Shown here piece by piece: positions 35,125 through 49,184 of a stretch of DNA of 64,000 nt. The first letter of the stretch is position 1; each line of letters opens with the position of its first letter. The stretch comes from Tricharina praecox. Taxonomy: Eukaryota. The DNA lies in contig NW_026250415.1 of assembly GCF_024521635.1 (NCBI RefSeq), positions 248,001 to 312,000 on the forward strand, read 5' to 3'. Under the pieces are notes generated by a model, which did not search any database, had not been told where the DNA came from, and saw nothing but the letters and a program-made list of their open reading frames with translations. The position numbers were made by a program, and so were the translations under genes.

Positions 35125-37032
35125 CTATGGCATGCCCATTCCGGCGTCTCCCATACCACCCGCCACAGCAACCACACCACCAGGGAGCGGTTGTTGCGAC
35201 ATTTGCGGCATCCCCACGGTCCCAGGAAGCCCCGTCGCATTCGGATGGGTCGAATGGGAGCGGTGATACTTGAGCCCGTTGAGGTTCTTGTATCGTTTGC
35301 CGCAGTACTCGCATCGATACGGCTTCTCCTTCTCCATGCCCAGGGTGCCAGGGTACGGTGCAGAGGTCTCCGGATTCACTATCGAAAAGGTTCCGTCGGC
35401 GTTGTCGTGCAGCTGTTGGTTCGTGTGCCCGTGCTACGTCGGGTGTCAGCAACCCATCTCGCTCGCACGTGGCTCCAGGGAGGGGGGAGTGAACTTACTG
35501 CCTTGTGATACTTGAGACCATTCTGGTTCTTGTAAGCCTTCTCACATCCAATCACAGGGCACTTGAACGGCTTGTCCTCTGCCTGCATCAGCGCAGCTGG
35601 CATCGTGGGCACTTGGGCCGCTCCGGTGTCGGCGAGCTTCTTGTTCATGTCGTTGCCTCCGTTGTTGGCCATGTACGGCTGCATCTGCGCCTGAGAGTAC
35701 ACGCCGAGGGTCTGTCCTCCGGGGCTGTAGAGACGCTTAGCGGGCTCGTCGATACACAGGTTCAGAGCCATATCGCCCGTCGCTTCCATGCCGGTGCTGT
35801 AATTGAGGTTGGTGTTGAATTGCTGCTGGTTCGAGAACCCGCCCAGACCCTGAGGGAAGGCATACTCCATCGAATCGGAAGCGAGTGGCGTACCGGGGAC
35901 AGATGACTCGGGCGAGAAATGCGAGGGCTGCTTGGTCGCGTGTGGCAGCTGTGCGGATGCCATGTTCGGAGTGTTGTGATATGAGGGCATGGTCAGCGCC
36001 ACGGGGGTCTGAGGCAGAGAGTAGTGCTGCTGCTGCTGCTGGCCAAGATGCGCTTGCGGTGTTAGTGGTGGGGCGACATTGTTTGGCGGAGGTGTCATTT
36101 CGTCATCCATTTCCATATCTCCCGCGATCTCCCCTTCCGGCTGGTCGTCCTGCTGGTGGTTTCCCCGCTCCTCTTCCTGCTGCCTCTGGCGCTGCATCTG
36201 CTGTTGGCGCATCATTTCGTACTGGATGCTGCCAATCCCCCCGATAGGACTTGTTATCCCGGCGTTCTGCTGTTGAGCGTGCCGGGATTGCTGCCTGTTG
36301 CCGTCATGAGCGCCGCGCCCGCCATGCCCCTCTTGGTTGTCGTTCTCATTATTTATAGGCATCTGCTGGGCATGATGCTCCTCGTAGTGTCGAAGCAGAT
36401 CGTGCAGCGACGGCAACGGGAGACCGCAGCAGGAAAAATCACGACAGAATTCGGCCTCCAGCTTGGGCAAATACGAAGAGGAATGATACGATGGCGATTG
36501 GAATGTGAATGGTGAAGTTCCTGTCATCATGATGCTGGAGAGGTCAGCTCAGCCACTTATATAACGGACAGCCCCGAGTAGAGAAGCACGAGCTTTCACT
36601 ACTGGAACGACATTCTGTGACCGCGAAGTTTGCGGGATTCGCTACTGGGAACTTTGTTCCTCGAACCCCTCACCTCCCCCCCCGCTCCCAATGGGGAAAT
36701 CTCAAAATAATAAAACCAAATCGCATAACTAGCACGGAAACTTACTCGTCCCTGATCCAGCTTCCAACGCTCACTCCTCCCCAGCTCATTCCGCCGTTGT
36801 TCATGAGACTCCGAGCCAGATCCCCGTTCACCATGCTTTCTCGTCGCAGCCGCGAGCTGGACATCGGAATGCCATTACCGTGAGAGATGCTGCCCGGTCG
36901 CGCGCCGTAAGGGTCCTGGAGCATCGGCATCTGCATGGGCATTCCGCCGGCGGCGCGGAGCTGGCTCGTGAGGTTAGACTTCGGCTGTCCCGACTGCTGG
37001 GGTCGAGACGTGATGTCAATTGGGGCTGGCAT
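35125..37032 (-). CDS. SFP1: Split C2H2 zinc-finger transcription factor Sfp1
   Basis: RRES..SL..GMSWGGVSVGSWIRDD, SSYLPKLEAEFCRDFSCCG..LHDLLRHYEE, KPFKCPVIGCEKAYKNQNGLKYH, KPYRCEYCGKRYKNLNGLKYH. Introns 36535-36745 and 35434-35498. Confidence 0.95.
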
Positions 37033-38273
37033 CGTGTTCGAGCGCTGAGTGTCGGATTCCTGCAAGGGATAATCGTAGGACAGCGGTGGCGGGGTTATGG
37101 TAAATGGTATTGCGGGTGAGCTCTCGTCGGAGCGACAAGGACTAAGAGAGGGCGTTCTTAGGAAATCCGTGGTGGCGGTAGTGTGGTGGGGACGAGGTTC
37201 TGGCTTTCGGATGCGTAAGCTCTCGGGTAAGAGTCACGAGCGTGGGGGTATGCAATAGGTAGCACGCTCTGTCGAATCAGATCGGATGGGTGAGTTGGTG
37301 GTTGGCTGGAGTGTTACAGGGAGATGGAGGAGGATGAGGAGGAGAGAAGGAAGGAGGGAGAGGGGGAGAGAGGGGAAGAGAGAGAGAGAGAGGCGAGTAA
37401 AGGTATGTTGTTATTTTGAGTTGAGAGGATGCGTGCCGGTTGGCGGGATGGGTCGAAAGTGGAGTGGTGGAGGGGAGGGGAGGAGTGGTAGTGGTAGTGA
37501 AAGTAGTAGTGGTAGCGGTAGCGGTATGTAGTGGAGGTGATGAGGAGGAGGTGGTGGTGGTGGACGTTGGTGGCCCGTGGCGGTGGTATGTAATGGTCGG
37601 AGAAGCGGGCGGCGGGTTTTCGATGTTCGTTGGTAGGTGCTCGTAGCACTTTCGAGCGACAGGCTGATCCGACCCGACCACACAAATGCACAACCCTCTT
37701 TTTTTCGAGTCACACACCCGGCCCAATGGTTCAGATAACTTTTGGCGTGGTCGCGCGTGGGGTGGTGCTTCTGCTGGTGCTACTGCTGCCGCTGCTGTGG
37801 ATGCTCCGTAGGGTATGTATGTGTGTATGTATGTGTGTATGTATGTGAGTAGAGTGTGTAAAGTGAGTAAGTAGTTACTGAGCGCAGTGCGTCGAGTGCG
37901 TCGAGCGAGTAGAAAGCGAGTATGAAGAGTAGCTAGCCAGAATCCTATGCCGGATTATGTAGAGTAGAGCAGCTACCCTTTAGGATTTGTGCGTGGATCT
38001 GGATCGGGTATGGTCCGGAGTCCCCCCGTCGTCGTTGTCGTCGTCGTGTCTTGGGATTGGGTGGACGGCGTGATCTGATCGATTGGATAAGATGGATGTA
38101 CGTACAGATGTCGGGCGGCGGCAGGTCCACGTCCGCGTCGTGGTTGGGTCGAGGTGGATGCTGGGGGGGAGGGGGGCGGTGCGTGTCCGACGAGAATTGT
38201 CACGAGTCTCTGGTCTTGACAGAGAGCGCGGAGCGAAGTGGGATACGGTGGAACCGGGAGAAGGGACTAGCCT

Positions 38274-38311
38274 GTGGTGGTGGTGGTGGTGGTGGTGGTG
38301 GTGGTGGTGGT
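38274..38311. repeat. (TGG)n microsatellite
   Basis: Seen directly. Confidence 0.95.
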
Positions 38312-41300
38312 GATGGTCGGCCGCTACTGCTTCGAACTTGGAAGACAGCCGAGATATTCGGTGTGCTTGCGTGGTGTGGTGGTTGAGGTGGTGATGGTGG
38401 TCGCAAGCACAACTACGGCCAGGAAGTGGTGCGGGTGCGAAATATGTAGGCCACACGACGTTGCAGTGATTATCCCCTCTTATTGAGGTACCGTGACGGA
38501 GAGGCTCAGAGTTCGAGATCGTCCGAGTATTAACTCGGGCCAGGCTGCTTCTAGCGGCGAGTATCAATCTCCGGCGAAGCAACAACGGACTTCTGGGCGG
38601 TGGTGGCTGCTGCGTGGGAAACGGCGACGCTGTGATGGAGAGGAGGAGCAGAAGCGGAGGAGGATAATGATGATAAGATGGAAGAGGAGTCGGTGGAGGA
38701 GGGGGATTCGGTGGAGCAGGAGGAGCGGCCGGATGACGAGACGAAACAAGACGAGACGAGGGGCACAACCCGAGAGGTGGGGAGAGGGACGGAAGGAGGA
38801 GGCAGAAAGAGTATCAGAGAGGCAGAGTGTATGTACCTTCCTGCCTGCGCACGTATCAATGCATCTACACTGTCACTGGCATGGAATGGGCCCTCCATAT
38901 CTTCCATGCCGGGCCCATGCCGACCCACAGCAGGCCACCGATATGTGTGCGCCAAAGATGGCCAGAACGATGATGATGATGCGAAGCGTGTGTACCAAGA
39001 GTCTGCATACTATGGAGAGAATGCTCAGCAGAAGCAATACGGTAGCAATACATAGCAGCAGCAGCAGCAGGGTGTTGCCAGGGATCGTCGGCGCATGTTT
39101 GGGATCACTGGCTGATTTGGTCGATTAAGAAATGTTTCCCTTTTTGTGTGAAGGATACAGGAATCAGGGTGAGTACTTCTTCACACCATACTGGCCCACA
39201 TCCCTCTTGCAGCCTTCAATTGGTGACGGCGCCGTCCGTGCAGATTCATGTGTGCCAATATGCGCCTACTGTAGAGTACCTAAGCACTCGATGCACGCCT
39301 GGCTGGGCCGTACCTACCGTATCTCGTTCCGTGTGGAAAGTGCTGCTTCTGCTGCTGCTTCTGCTGATGCTGCTGCTTCTGCTGATGCTGCTGCTATCTG
39401 GGTATCTACGGCACTCTATCTGCCTGCACGGTCGCCCACCCCTCCGGATTCCACGCCGTCCCTCGCTATAAGTTCTGCCCAACAACTTGCTCGCCTTGCC
39501 GCCCGCTCCACTCAACATTCAGAGGGACTGCGAAGCGCTCCCCCCCACCCCGCACTCTCCCCACCACCACCACCCTCCTTCTCCTCCTCCCCCTCACAAT
39601 CATTACCGTCATTCCTCCTGCGCCATCATCTCCACCTCCACTTCTTCTTCTTCTTGCACCAACACCACAGCCACCACAGCCACAGCCACAGCCACAGCCG
39701 CCACAACCATAACCACCACCACCACCACCTCCCACCACTCCCCACCACCGCACTCACGTCAATCGTCTCTGCAAAGACACATCTCCAGGTACATCCCAAG
39801 ACCCCCCAACAACGTGCTTCTTCTTCAGCAGCAGCAGCAGCGTCGGCGCCAACCAAGACGGTCCCAGGAATTCCGTTCGCATGAGGTTCACGTCGAAGCC
39901 GAGCAAATCATGTACTCTTCGGGCATAGCCCTGGCCCCGTCCGTCGTCGAACTAACTGCCGCAGCTGAGACCTGCTTGGAGTCGAGTTAGAGTGACTAGC
40001 TCGACGGCGACAAGCTATGCACGTATGATATCTAGAGTATGGACCTACTCTACTCTAGGCTGATGCAGGATGGACTCGACATCATCGTCATCGTCACCAC
40101 CTCCACCTCCACCTCCACCACCACCACCACCACCATCTTGTAAGTTGTGCTTCTTTGGTTATTTGGTTTCTTTTGCTTTTGATTCCCCCGTGACGGCATC
40201 ACACACAAATACACAAATATATCGCATGAGCTGCCCTCTCCCCCTCAATGATCTTTACGCCCCCTCTTCCTCTTCCTCCTCCTCAAATATGACCCCACCA
40301 TCCACAGCACTACAACCCCGGGGGCCAACATCCGAATCGAGCACCTACTCCACGTACGTCGCCGCCGCATCTCGAAATAAAGAGTGTCGAGTGTCAAGTA
40401 TCGAGTGCAGAGTAAAGTGTACCCAGGGCAGGGTGTAGAGTACGGTATGCATATGAAAGCCAAAGACCCCGGGAGTCGACTCTCGAGACGCCGACTCGCT
40501 GTTGCGGCTACAGCCACTCGTTTCGTCGTTGTCGAAGCGACGGCGACGACAGCGACGACAGCGACCATCACGGCGATGATAGTAATAGCGACCAACACGG
40601 CGATGACAGCAACAGCGACCACGGCGACGAAAGCGACAGCAACCACGGCGATATCGCCTTCGGCTATCTTACTCACCGTACGAGCCTACGGGTCGCGGGA
40701 GCTATCAGATGGAGATAATTGTATGATATGTAGGATAAAGTACTCTGCTCTACTCCGGAGTCTACGTACGAGTAGAGTGCTCCATGCAGGTGCAGCATCA
40801 CGGTCGTTAGAGTGTATAGGCAGGCTTGGGCTGGGCGCCGCGCCGACTAGCCAGTACTAGAGCATAGGGCAGTTGCATGCGGACGTGAAGGGAAGCGTAC
40901 GATCATCGGTGGTCACTCTTATCTTCTCGATGAACGTCGGCGCCATGCAACCAGCTGTTCTGGAAGAGTCCTCCCTTCCTCGCTCCGTCGCTGCCATCCC
41001 AACATCTCATCAACTCTAGGCTCATCAACCACCTGCCAGTAGGCTCGTTCATCGCAGCCCTCAACCCCGTAGGCACAGTACGCGTGACATGGATCTAGCC
41101 AGGGAGGGAGGGGAGTGAGGGAGGGGGGGGGTTTCCATTAGCAATCGGACATATGCCCACGCTAACCCGTTCGGCCGTAGACCCGTACATAACAGAGCAT
41201 GTCGACATACGGTATGGTATGGATGTACGGTATGGATGTGTGGATCGCGGAGTAGCCGTGGGCACATACTGGGAAACGAAACGGGAGACGGGGGTGGGGG

Positions 41301-41504
41301 TGTTCGTACAAGGACAGGAGGGCTTTCCTTCCTTCCTTCCTTCTTTCCCACGAGGGACGGACGGACGGGTGGAGGGAGAGAGGGAGGGAGGGATGGGCGT
41401 GCGGCGTGTGCCGCTCACGAGTCGAGCCGAGGCATCGCAACTCCGATGGAGAGGAGGGAGGGCTGGCCCTGGCCGGACGGGGAATCCGTCGTTCACCTGG
41501 CCCT

Positions 41505-41549
41505 GACTCGACTCGACTCGACTTGACTCGACTCGACTCGACTTGACTC
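41505..41549. repeat. (GACTC)n microsatellite
   Basis: Seen directly. Confidence 0.9.
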
Positions 41550-41791
41550 GGCTCTGGACCGCAACGTTGCCCGCGACGATGGCCGTGACGAGCCCAAGAC
41601 GATGCGCGCACGTCTAGAACCTTGTGTTGGATCAGATGCCCTACATGCACATATACGTACACAAGGTTGGTACACATATGGTGTACCTGGTACTCCGACT
41701 CTGCGACTCGTCGACTCGTCGAGGCTGTGTGCCCTGGAGTCTGTAGTTTATACTCTATTCTAGACTCTGGTGGTGGCGGGCTCGGCGCACG

Positions 41792-41900
41792 TGGACACTG
41801 GACACTGGACGCTGGACACTGGATGCTGGACGCTGGACACTGGACACTGGACACTGGACACTGGACACTGGACACTGGACACTGGACACTCACTGGACAT
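41792..41900. repeat. (TGGACAC)n heptamer repeat, ~14-15 units
   Basis: Seen directly. Confidence 0.95.
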
Positions 41901-44681
41901 CGGACTTGTAGACTTGTAGACTCGTGGACTCGTCGAAACGTGGACTCGTCGAAACGTGGAACGTTGGAACGTAGCCTGAACTCGTCGACAGTGGACCCGT
42001 CGACAGTGGACTCGTGAGAACGTAATCTGGACTCTGTTTCGTGGCTGCTTGGAGGAGGCGTATGTATCTACTAGTAATGTTTCACCACACGAACGGATAC
42101 GACGCCGGGGACGGCTTGTTTGCGTGCTTGCTTGCGTGCTTGATTGATTGTTCATCGTGATTCGAAAGTCAGAATGGGAGTCTTAGGAGATGCAACGACT
42201 ACTCCTGTAGCAGGCCGCTGGGCGGACTTTTGGTGGTATGTAGTAGTCTCGGTAGGGCCCAACATACCGACCTTGCGATGTCCAGGGTCCAAACTTCAAA
42301 GGCCGAGTATTTTGTGCGAGCCGAAACACCACGATGGCACTACTTTTGAGTACCCAAGATCTTCCACGACACTCCGTGGACGTTTCATTCCGCTTACCTA
42401 CTACTTCCGGTACTTACCTGGTATGTAGGCTGCTTGCGGCCTGAAGGCTGGACTCTTGAAACTGAGGCTGGCACTGGGCACTGGGCACTGGGCAGAACTT
42501 AAGCCAAAGAACGTTTTCGACCGCACCTGCAGGCTGGCTGCAGAAAAGCCACCAGGAACTTGGAGCCGCCAGGAAGCCACCAGGAAGCAAGTCCGTTCCG
42601 ATCTTTCCACTAACGCCGCACGGACTGGAGGGCTCTAATCGAAAGTAGTGGGGCTGGGGCTGGTGTGCACTCTTATGTAACCACAGGGTGTACGCTGCGT
42701 ACCTATTCTTACGCGTTGTATAGGTACATCCTCGCCTCCCCCCCCCCGAGTGAGCAAAGATGACCGTCTCTCCGGCTGGAGGCTTGGAGCATCACCACCG
42801 CCGTCCGGTGGGAGCATGCGGGTATTGTACATAGCATATGAGGTATGTACCATACCGTACCGTACCGGTTACTTATTTACGTAGAGTAGGAGTGCACTCT
42901 ACTCTATTCTACTCTGAAGAGAAAGAGAAATTCGTCGGCCATCCCCGATAATCAATCATCGATCCTTGCGGCGGATCAATTAGGTTTTTACGGTATGTAC
43001 CGGTCGTATGTGTACGTACATAGCAACGAGTCTCCCGGTCCGGACGTTCATGGAACCTTTCCCAGAACCTTTTCTGGGCGTCTGCGCCGCGTGAGATACA
43101 TACGATATCCCGGTTGAAACGTGAGGTGAGCTTACTAGGTTGTAGATGCATGCATGTGTACGTAGAGTACGGATGCTGTCGGAGTAATACCGTATGTAAT
43201 CTTCACGAGCTGCCGACGGTTAGGTGGAGTATTCTACCTACCCGTGCGGACGGAGCGAGCGGATGTTTCGGAACTCGGAAGTTGGAACTCGGAGCTCGGA
43301 GTGGAGTGGAGTGGAGTATGTACCTAGAGTACGCACCCCCAGCGCTGGCGGAGGGGGGGTGATTCGGCAAGTCATGTGTTTGCGCGTGCAAACCTCCCCA
43401 CCTACGTCCGTCGTCCGCACCGAGTGACATCGTCGCTATGCCCGCCCCCATCCCCCCATCCCCCCCCCATCCCCCCCAATCCCCATACCTGCCCCCATCC
43501 CCCATCCCCCCCCATTGCGGCTATTACGTGGGGCTTCGATACGGGCGCGAATAAGCGAAACCCTTTATTTGCTTTTCTTTTCCTTGATGCAGCCGCAAGC
43601 GTATGGGGTGTTTGTCTCCCATGTGGGACGGGCGAGCGAGTGACCCCCACACCCTCGTTCGCTCGTCCGCGGAGCTCGACCACATGGAGTTCGCCGCTGT
43701 CTCGGCTACGTACGTCAGATGAATGGATACAGCTGCTACGAATGCTGGCCGGTGCCGTGAGATGATGCCGATCTTCAGCGGAGATGTAGGATGTATGTAT
43801 CAATGCGACGAGATGCTGCTCCGTGGAAGATGATGCGACCACCACCTAGGGTTGGGTTGGGTTGGATGCGAGTACCTATGATACCTGCCCATTCACAATA
43901 CACGTACTCTACCTACGTTGTCCATCGACAAGCCCGAGAGACATAGCGACAGCCAGAGACACAGAAGGAGAGGCCCATTGCATCGTTGCATCGTGATCGT
44001 GGTACATAGCGGCCGGGGATGTATGCTGCTGCGCGGCAAGGTTTGAGCGAGGATAGGTGGGTATGTATGTATTCGTTGTCTGCGAACGGCGAGTTCAATT
44101 CGAGTTCAGTTCGGAGGGTCGTGCCGCCGTACCTGAGCGATGGATGGATGGATGAATGGATGGATGGATGGCGGCGGGCGTGCTGTGGGTGCGGGATATG
44201 TATGATGTATGTAGAGTACTCTACATGTGTCGACCGTCCGGATGGATGCGCCCGTCCTGGGAATGGCCACAGTCGGCGGAGCGTTTGGGGGAAAGTGCTG
44301 AGTAACTAGGAGGTAGCTGTCTAACTGGAACAGTTGCAGCGAAGACGTCTCGACTCTCGACACCGATGCCGGTATGCGTGAGTCTCGAGTGATGCTGGAT
44401 GCTGGATGTCCGTTTCCGTTTCCGCTTCAGCTTCCGTTTCCGTCCTCATGTGGGACCGAGCATGTGGAGTAGAGAGACCCCGATATGTATCGGATAGAGT
44501 TGATAACTTGATAGTGCCCCGCACTGGCACTAGACCGAAACGGTCATTGCAGCCCAAAAAAACCAAAACCCAAAGGATGTGTAGTACCCAGCTACTTCCT
44601 TGCTTGTCGAGCGTGCAGCAACCCTCTCGAATCTTCACTCGACCCGCTGGGATCCCAACGAACATACTCCCACCAACAGAA

Positions 44682-47192
44682 ATGGAGTCACTTACCGAGC
44701 CCGTCAAGCACGCCGCCGTCGACGCCGAGCAGGGCGAGGAGCAGCCGGCGGCCAAGCGCGCACGGACGACCGATGCGCGGGACTCACAGCACGGCGTTGC
44801 GCCGGTGAAGGCTGAGTGAGTGAATGGCGCCCTCTCTCCCGCGCGACGTCTTCTTCTTCTTCTTTGCAACTGACTCAATGGCCCACCTACAGGTTCATCG
44901 TACACCGCAAGCCGTCCTCCGCGCCCGCGTCCGCCGCCACCGACGACGCGGCGGAGTCCTCGCACCGTGTCGACAGCGAGGTCGGAGAGAAGAAGAACCG
45001 CAAGCGGGGCCAGAACAAGGCGCGACAGTTCCACTTCGCCAACGACGACGTCAAGCTCTGCCAATCCCTCACGCACATCCCGCGCGAAAGCGCGTTCGAG
45101 GCTGCACCGTGCGAGTATGCAGTCAATGCTGCCAGGGAGGGGAAGAGTATCAACAATAAATGGCAGAGAGGAGGGAGAGGCGGAAGGAGGGGCGGCAGGG
45201 GTGGGAGAGATCGGAACGACGAGAGGGAGCAGGCGGAACCGGAGGCTGCGGTGGAGGCTACGGCGGAGGAGGCGAAAGCGCCTGCCGCTAATCCAAAGTG
45301 TGCTTTTGCCCACAACCTCCGTGAGTACCTGCAACACAAGGCGAAGGATATCGATGGCGTCTGTCCGCTGTTTGAGGAGCGCGGCTACTGTGCGACCGGT
45401 TGGAAGTGTAGATGGCTGGGTTCGCATACCAAGGAGGTGGATGGCGAGCTATTCCTTGTGGTGGACCAGGACAAGAAGAAGGCGTCAGAGGAGAGGGCTA
45501 CCAAGCTGAGGGAAGAAAATATCAAGAACAGCAAGGCTACCATTGGCGAAGCGCCTACACAGGAATGGGAGAAAGACCTTGGGGAGTGCGGATTCGATGA
45601 TCCCTACGGTGAGGTTGTCAACAACGTGCCCGTAGGACTAAAGATTGCCATCAGGAAGAGCCAATTCCCTCTGAAGAAGAGTATGGTCTTCAACGAGTGG
45701 GTGAAGAAAGAGCAGCAGGAACAGAAAGCGGATGACAGGGCCGGATATGTGGATCCTCCACCGAAGCCGGAGGAGAAGCGGAAACTCTACATCGGAAGGG
45801 AGACCCCCATACTAGCTCCTTTGACGTTTGCCGCCCCACCCCCATCCTTTGACCGCATGACCGTCTGACGAGATATAGCACAACCGGCAACATGCCCTTC
45901 CGTCGCCTGTGTGTTGGCCTTGGAGCCGGATTGACCTACTCGGAGATGGCCATGTCCTCGTCCATCCTCCAGGGCCACAAGCCGGAATGGGCATTGATGC
46001 GTGCCCACGTCTCCGAGCTCCCTAACTTCGGAGCCCAGATCTGTGCCAACAAAGTCGATCAGGCTATCCGAACGACAGAGGCCATCACCAAGCTCTTCCC
46101 GACGGCTGCCTCGGGCCGCCATGGCCTTGCGTTCGTCGACTTGAACTGCGGTTGCCCCATCGATCTCATCTACCAAGCCGGAGGAGGCAGTGCGCTCTTG
46201 GACCAACAGAACAAGCTCATCAAGATGCTCAAGGGTATGAACTACGTTTCGGGCGAAACGCCCATCACCGTCAAGATCCGCATGGGAACCAGGGATAGCC
46301 ACCCCACCGCCCAGAAGCTCATTAACAAGGTGATCGATCACGGAGACGTCCAGTCCATCACTCTGCACGGCAGAAGTAGGCAGCAGAGATACACAAGGAG
46401 CGCGAACTGGGAGTACATCGCTGAGACCTCGGCCCTGATCAAGTCGGTCAAGGCCCAGATGGATGCGAACGCCGACACCGCCGCCGATAAAGAACGAGCA
46501 GAGAAGCCCAATGTTTACTTTGTTGGCAACGGCGACTGCTACTCGCATATCGACTACTACAATGCTGTCGACAATTCCGGGGTAGACAGCGTCATGCTCG
46601 CCCGAGGTGCTCTCATCAAACCGTGGATCTTTGAAGAGATCCAGACGGGTCAGTACCTGGATAAATCTGCAACGGAGCGTATGGACCTCGTGCGGGATTA
46701 CTGCAAGTACGGACTGGAGGTTTGGGGTGCGGATGAGTTGGGTGTGGCCACGACCCGGCGGTTCTTGCTGGAGTGGCTTAGCTTTACATGCCGGTTAGTC
46801 TCCTGTCCACTCTTCGTATCAATCTCGCACTGTGACTCACCGGTTATAGATATGTTCCTATCGGTATTCTGGAGAGGCTTCCGCCCAAAATCAACGACAG
46901 ACCGCCATTCTGGAAGGGTAGAAATGAGTTGGAGACTCTGCTTGGCAGCAGTGACTACAGGTGGGTTCCGAACCTTGAGCTTATGCGAAATAGATACTGA
47001 CGGCGTATTACCTTCGTATAGAGACTGGATTAAGATTAGCGAGATGTTCCTCGGCCCGTGCCCTAAGGACTTTTTCTTCACCCCGAAACACAAGGTTAGT
47101 CCGGATGTGTAGCTTCCCCTTGTTGGCGACACGTGCTGATAATTTTGTCCGTGCCACAGAGCAGTAGTCACGACAACGAGGCTGAGGGTTAA
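44682..47192 (+). CDS. DUS3: tRNA-dihydrouridine(47) synthase Dus3
   Basis: [13 protein letters not shown]-like C..AH and [79 protein letters not shown]. Several GT-AG introns (44816-44893, 45826-45878 and others). Confidence 0.95.
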
Positions 47193-47737
47193 ACATGGAC
47201 GGGATTACGGGGATCCGAAAGTAGTGCAATCTCCTTGGGTTCCCACAAATAGGCTCCATCACATGAAAGTTCATCGCAATTCTTAGCAGGCGCAGTTCAA
47301 GCCACAGGAGGCAGGAAATAAGATAGAGTGCTAACACCATAAAAGTAGAGTGTGTGACGTGTGAGAGGCTGTGATGCTGTGATGCGCGCAATCGTGGCTT
47401 TCTTGTTAGTGACGTATGTGTGAACTGGTTACGTGGGTGCCAAGGTGGCTTGTGCGACAAACAGGACACAACCCACCCGCCCAAGTTCCATCATCATCAC
47501 CCAACCAACCCCCGGCGTCCCAGTAACAGCAACTTTCTCTCCCTGTCCCTCCCTCCCCACTCACGCCACAGCACAAATACTTTCTATTCTCTCCTCCTGC
47601 TTCCTCCCTCTTCCACACATCCCACGAGCGAACTGTTCAACCACAATACCATCGAAAACAACCCACTCCCACGATATCCTCCCCCCCTCGCCTAAACAAC
47701 ATCACCACCATCATCCCTTAGAAATAGCCATCCCACG

Positions 47738-48606
47738 ATGACGTTGTATTACTCCCTTGTAAGTCACTGCTTTCCCCTCCCTCAGCGTTCGATATCTTCA
47801 CGTGTCGCCGTGTTGATGAGCGTTTCGGACAACTGGCGAGTTGGGGGGAGGACTTAAGTGAAGGGCCGCATTCTAATTGGTTCCTCGGTTGTGACGTAGG
47901 TGTTTTTCCTCCTCGTGCTGGAGATGTCCATCTTCCTGCTCCTGGTGTTTCCGCTACCCTTCACCTGGCGCAAGAAGACTTTCGAGTTCATTTCGAACAG
48001 CCCGTTGATAGCGAAACTGCAATACGGCATGAAGGTATGTGTTTCCCCCTCCTCGGACCCCGCGCATGCCGGGAGGAGAGTTCGGCGAGCTGACAGTCGT
48101 AGATCACTTTCATTTTCATCCTGATCCTCTTTGTCGACTCCGTCAACCGTGTCTACCGCGTCCAACGCGAACTGTCCGAGCACGCGAATGCCGGCCCTTA
48201 CGGACAAGCTGGCGGTGACAGGATGGAGGTCCAGGCTCGCAAGTTCTACTCTCAGCGCAACATGTTCGTATTCCCCGGTGAACGATGATCCGCACGTGTT
48301 CAGTGTGCTAATTCCCTCGTCAGGTACCTCTGTGGCTTCACCCTCTTCCTTTCCCTGATCCTGAACCGCACCTACACCTTCATCCTCGACATCCTGAGAC
48401 TCGAGTCGACCGTTAAGGAGCTCCGTGCTACCACCAACGCTGGCAAGAGGGATGGTACCACCGCTGAGGTCCTCGCTAAGAAGGATATGGAGATTGCCAA
48501 CATCAAGAAGCAAGCCGAGGGTCTGGCTAGGGAGTACGAGGCGCTGTCGGACCGCTACAACGCGGCTGTGTCAACCGGCTCGCCGACTCCCAAGAAGGAG
48601 TTGTAA
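47738..48606 (+). CDS. YET3: ER membrane protein, BAP29/BAP31 (Yet3) family
   Basis: MTLYYSL|VFFLLVLEM...ILFVDSVNRV...EVQARKFYSQRNM|YLCGFTLFLSLILNR; C-terminal KKEL (KKXX retrieval signal); three introns. Confidence 0.9.
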
Positions 48607-49184
48607 ACGGGTCATCGCACATGTGACGGCCTTGTATTACGAGACGTAGGAGAGGGGATCGTGGAAGACTGAGAAGCGGGGGAGAACTTTGGGGAGAACT
48701 AGCATGATTGGTCTGGGTGGAGCCGGGTGTACTTTTCATTTTGTATGCGGTCAATTTTAGTTGCAATTGTGACCGTCCGGATACTACAATCTGTCATAAT
48801 TCTCCTTATCGTGATCTGTTCTGTCCGTCCTGTGATCTGCATCTGACAACCGCCAGTAATGAGATGTATCAATCTCTTCCCGTGCTCCCGTGGAGATCAT
48901 CTATAGATGACGTTTTTTCGATGTGGATTGAGTTCCGCCCATTTTCCTCGGTCGGATGTGACCCCGGAATGACATCAGCACTTGGCAGTGCCATTCCCTA
49001 GCATAATCAACCCCACTCCTCCAGAGCATGGATGATCTCACATAGGATAGCTGCCTAGCTCATGCAATTGCGTGGATGCTCCAAACAACCTCGATTTCCG
49101 CGCTGCCATCCGTACTCCTCTCCCGGAAGGCTCTATCGAATGCAGCTCCCCACTACACCGACCGACGACAGTAGCCGTATCCAA

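Noticed and set aside
34202..35452. 416-aa minus-strand ORF
   Set aside because: An alternative frame over the last SFP1 exon and its T-rich 3' UTR, with low-complexity Phe/Ser composition.
37277..42155. Many 100-260 aa ORFs rich in poly-H, P, T or V
   Set aside because: Translations of microsatellites with no domain or credible gene structure.
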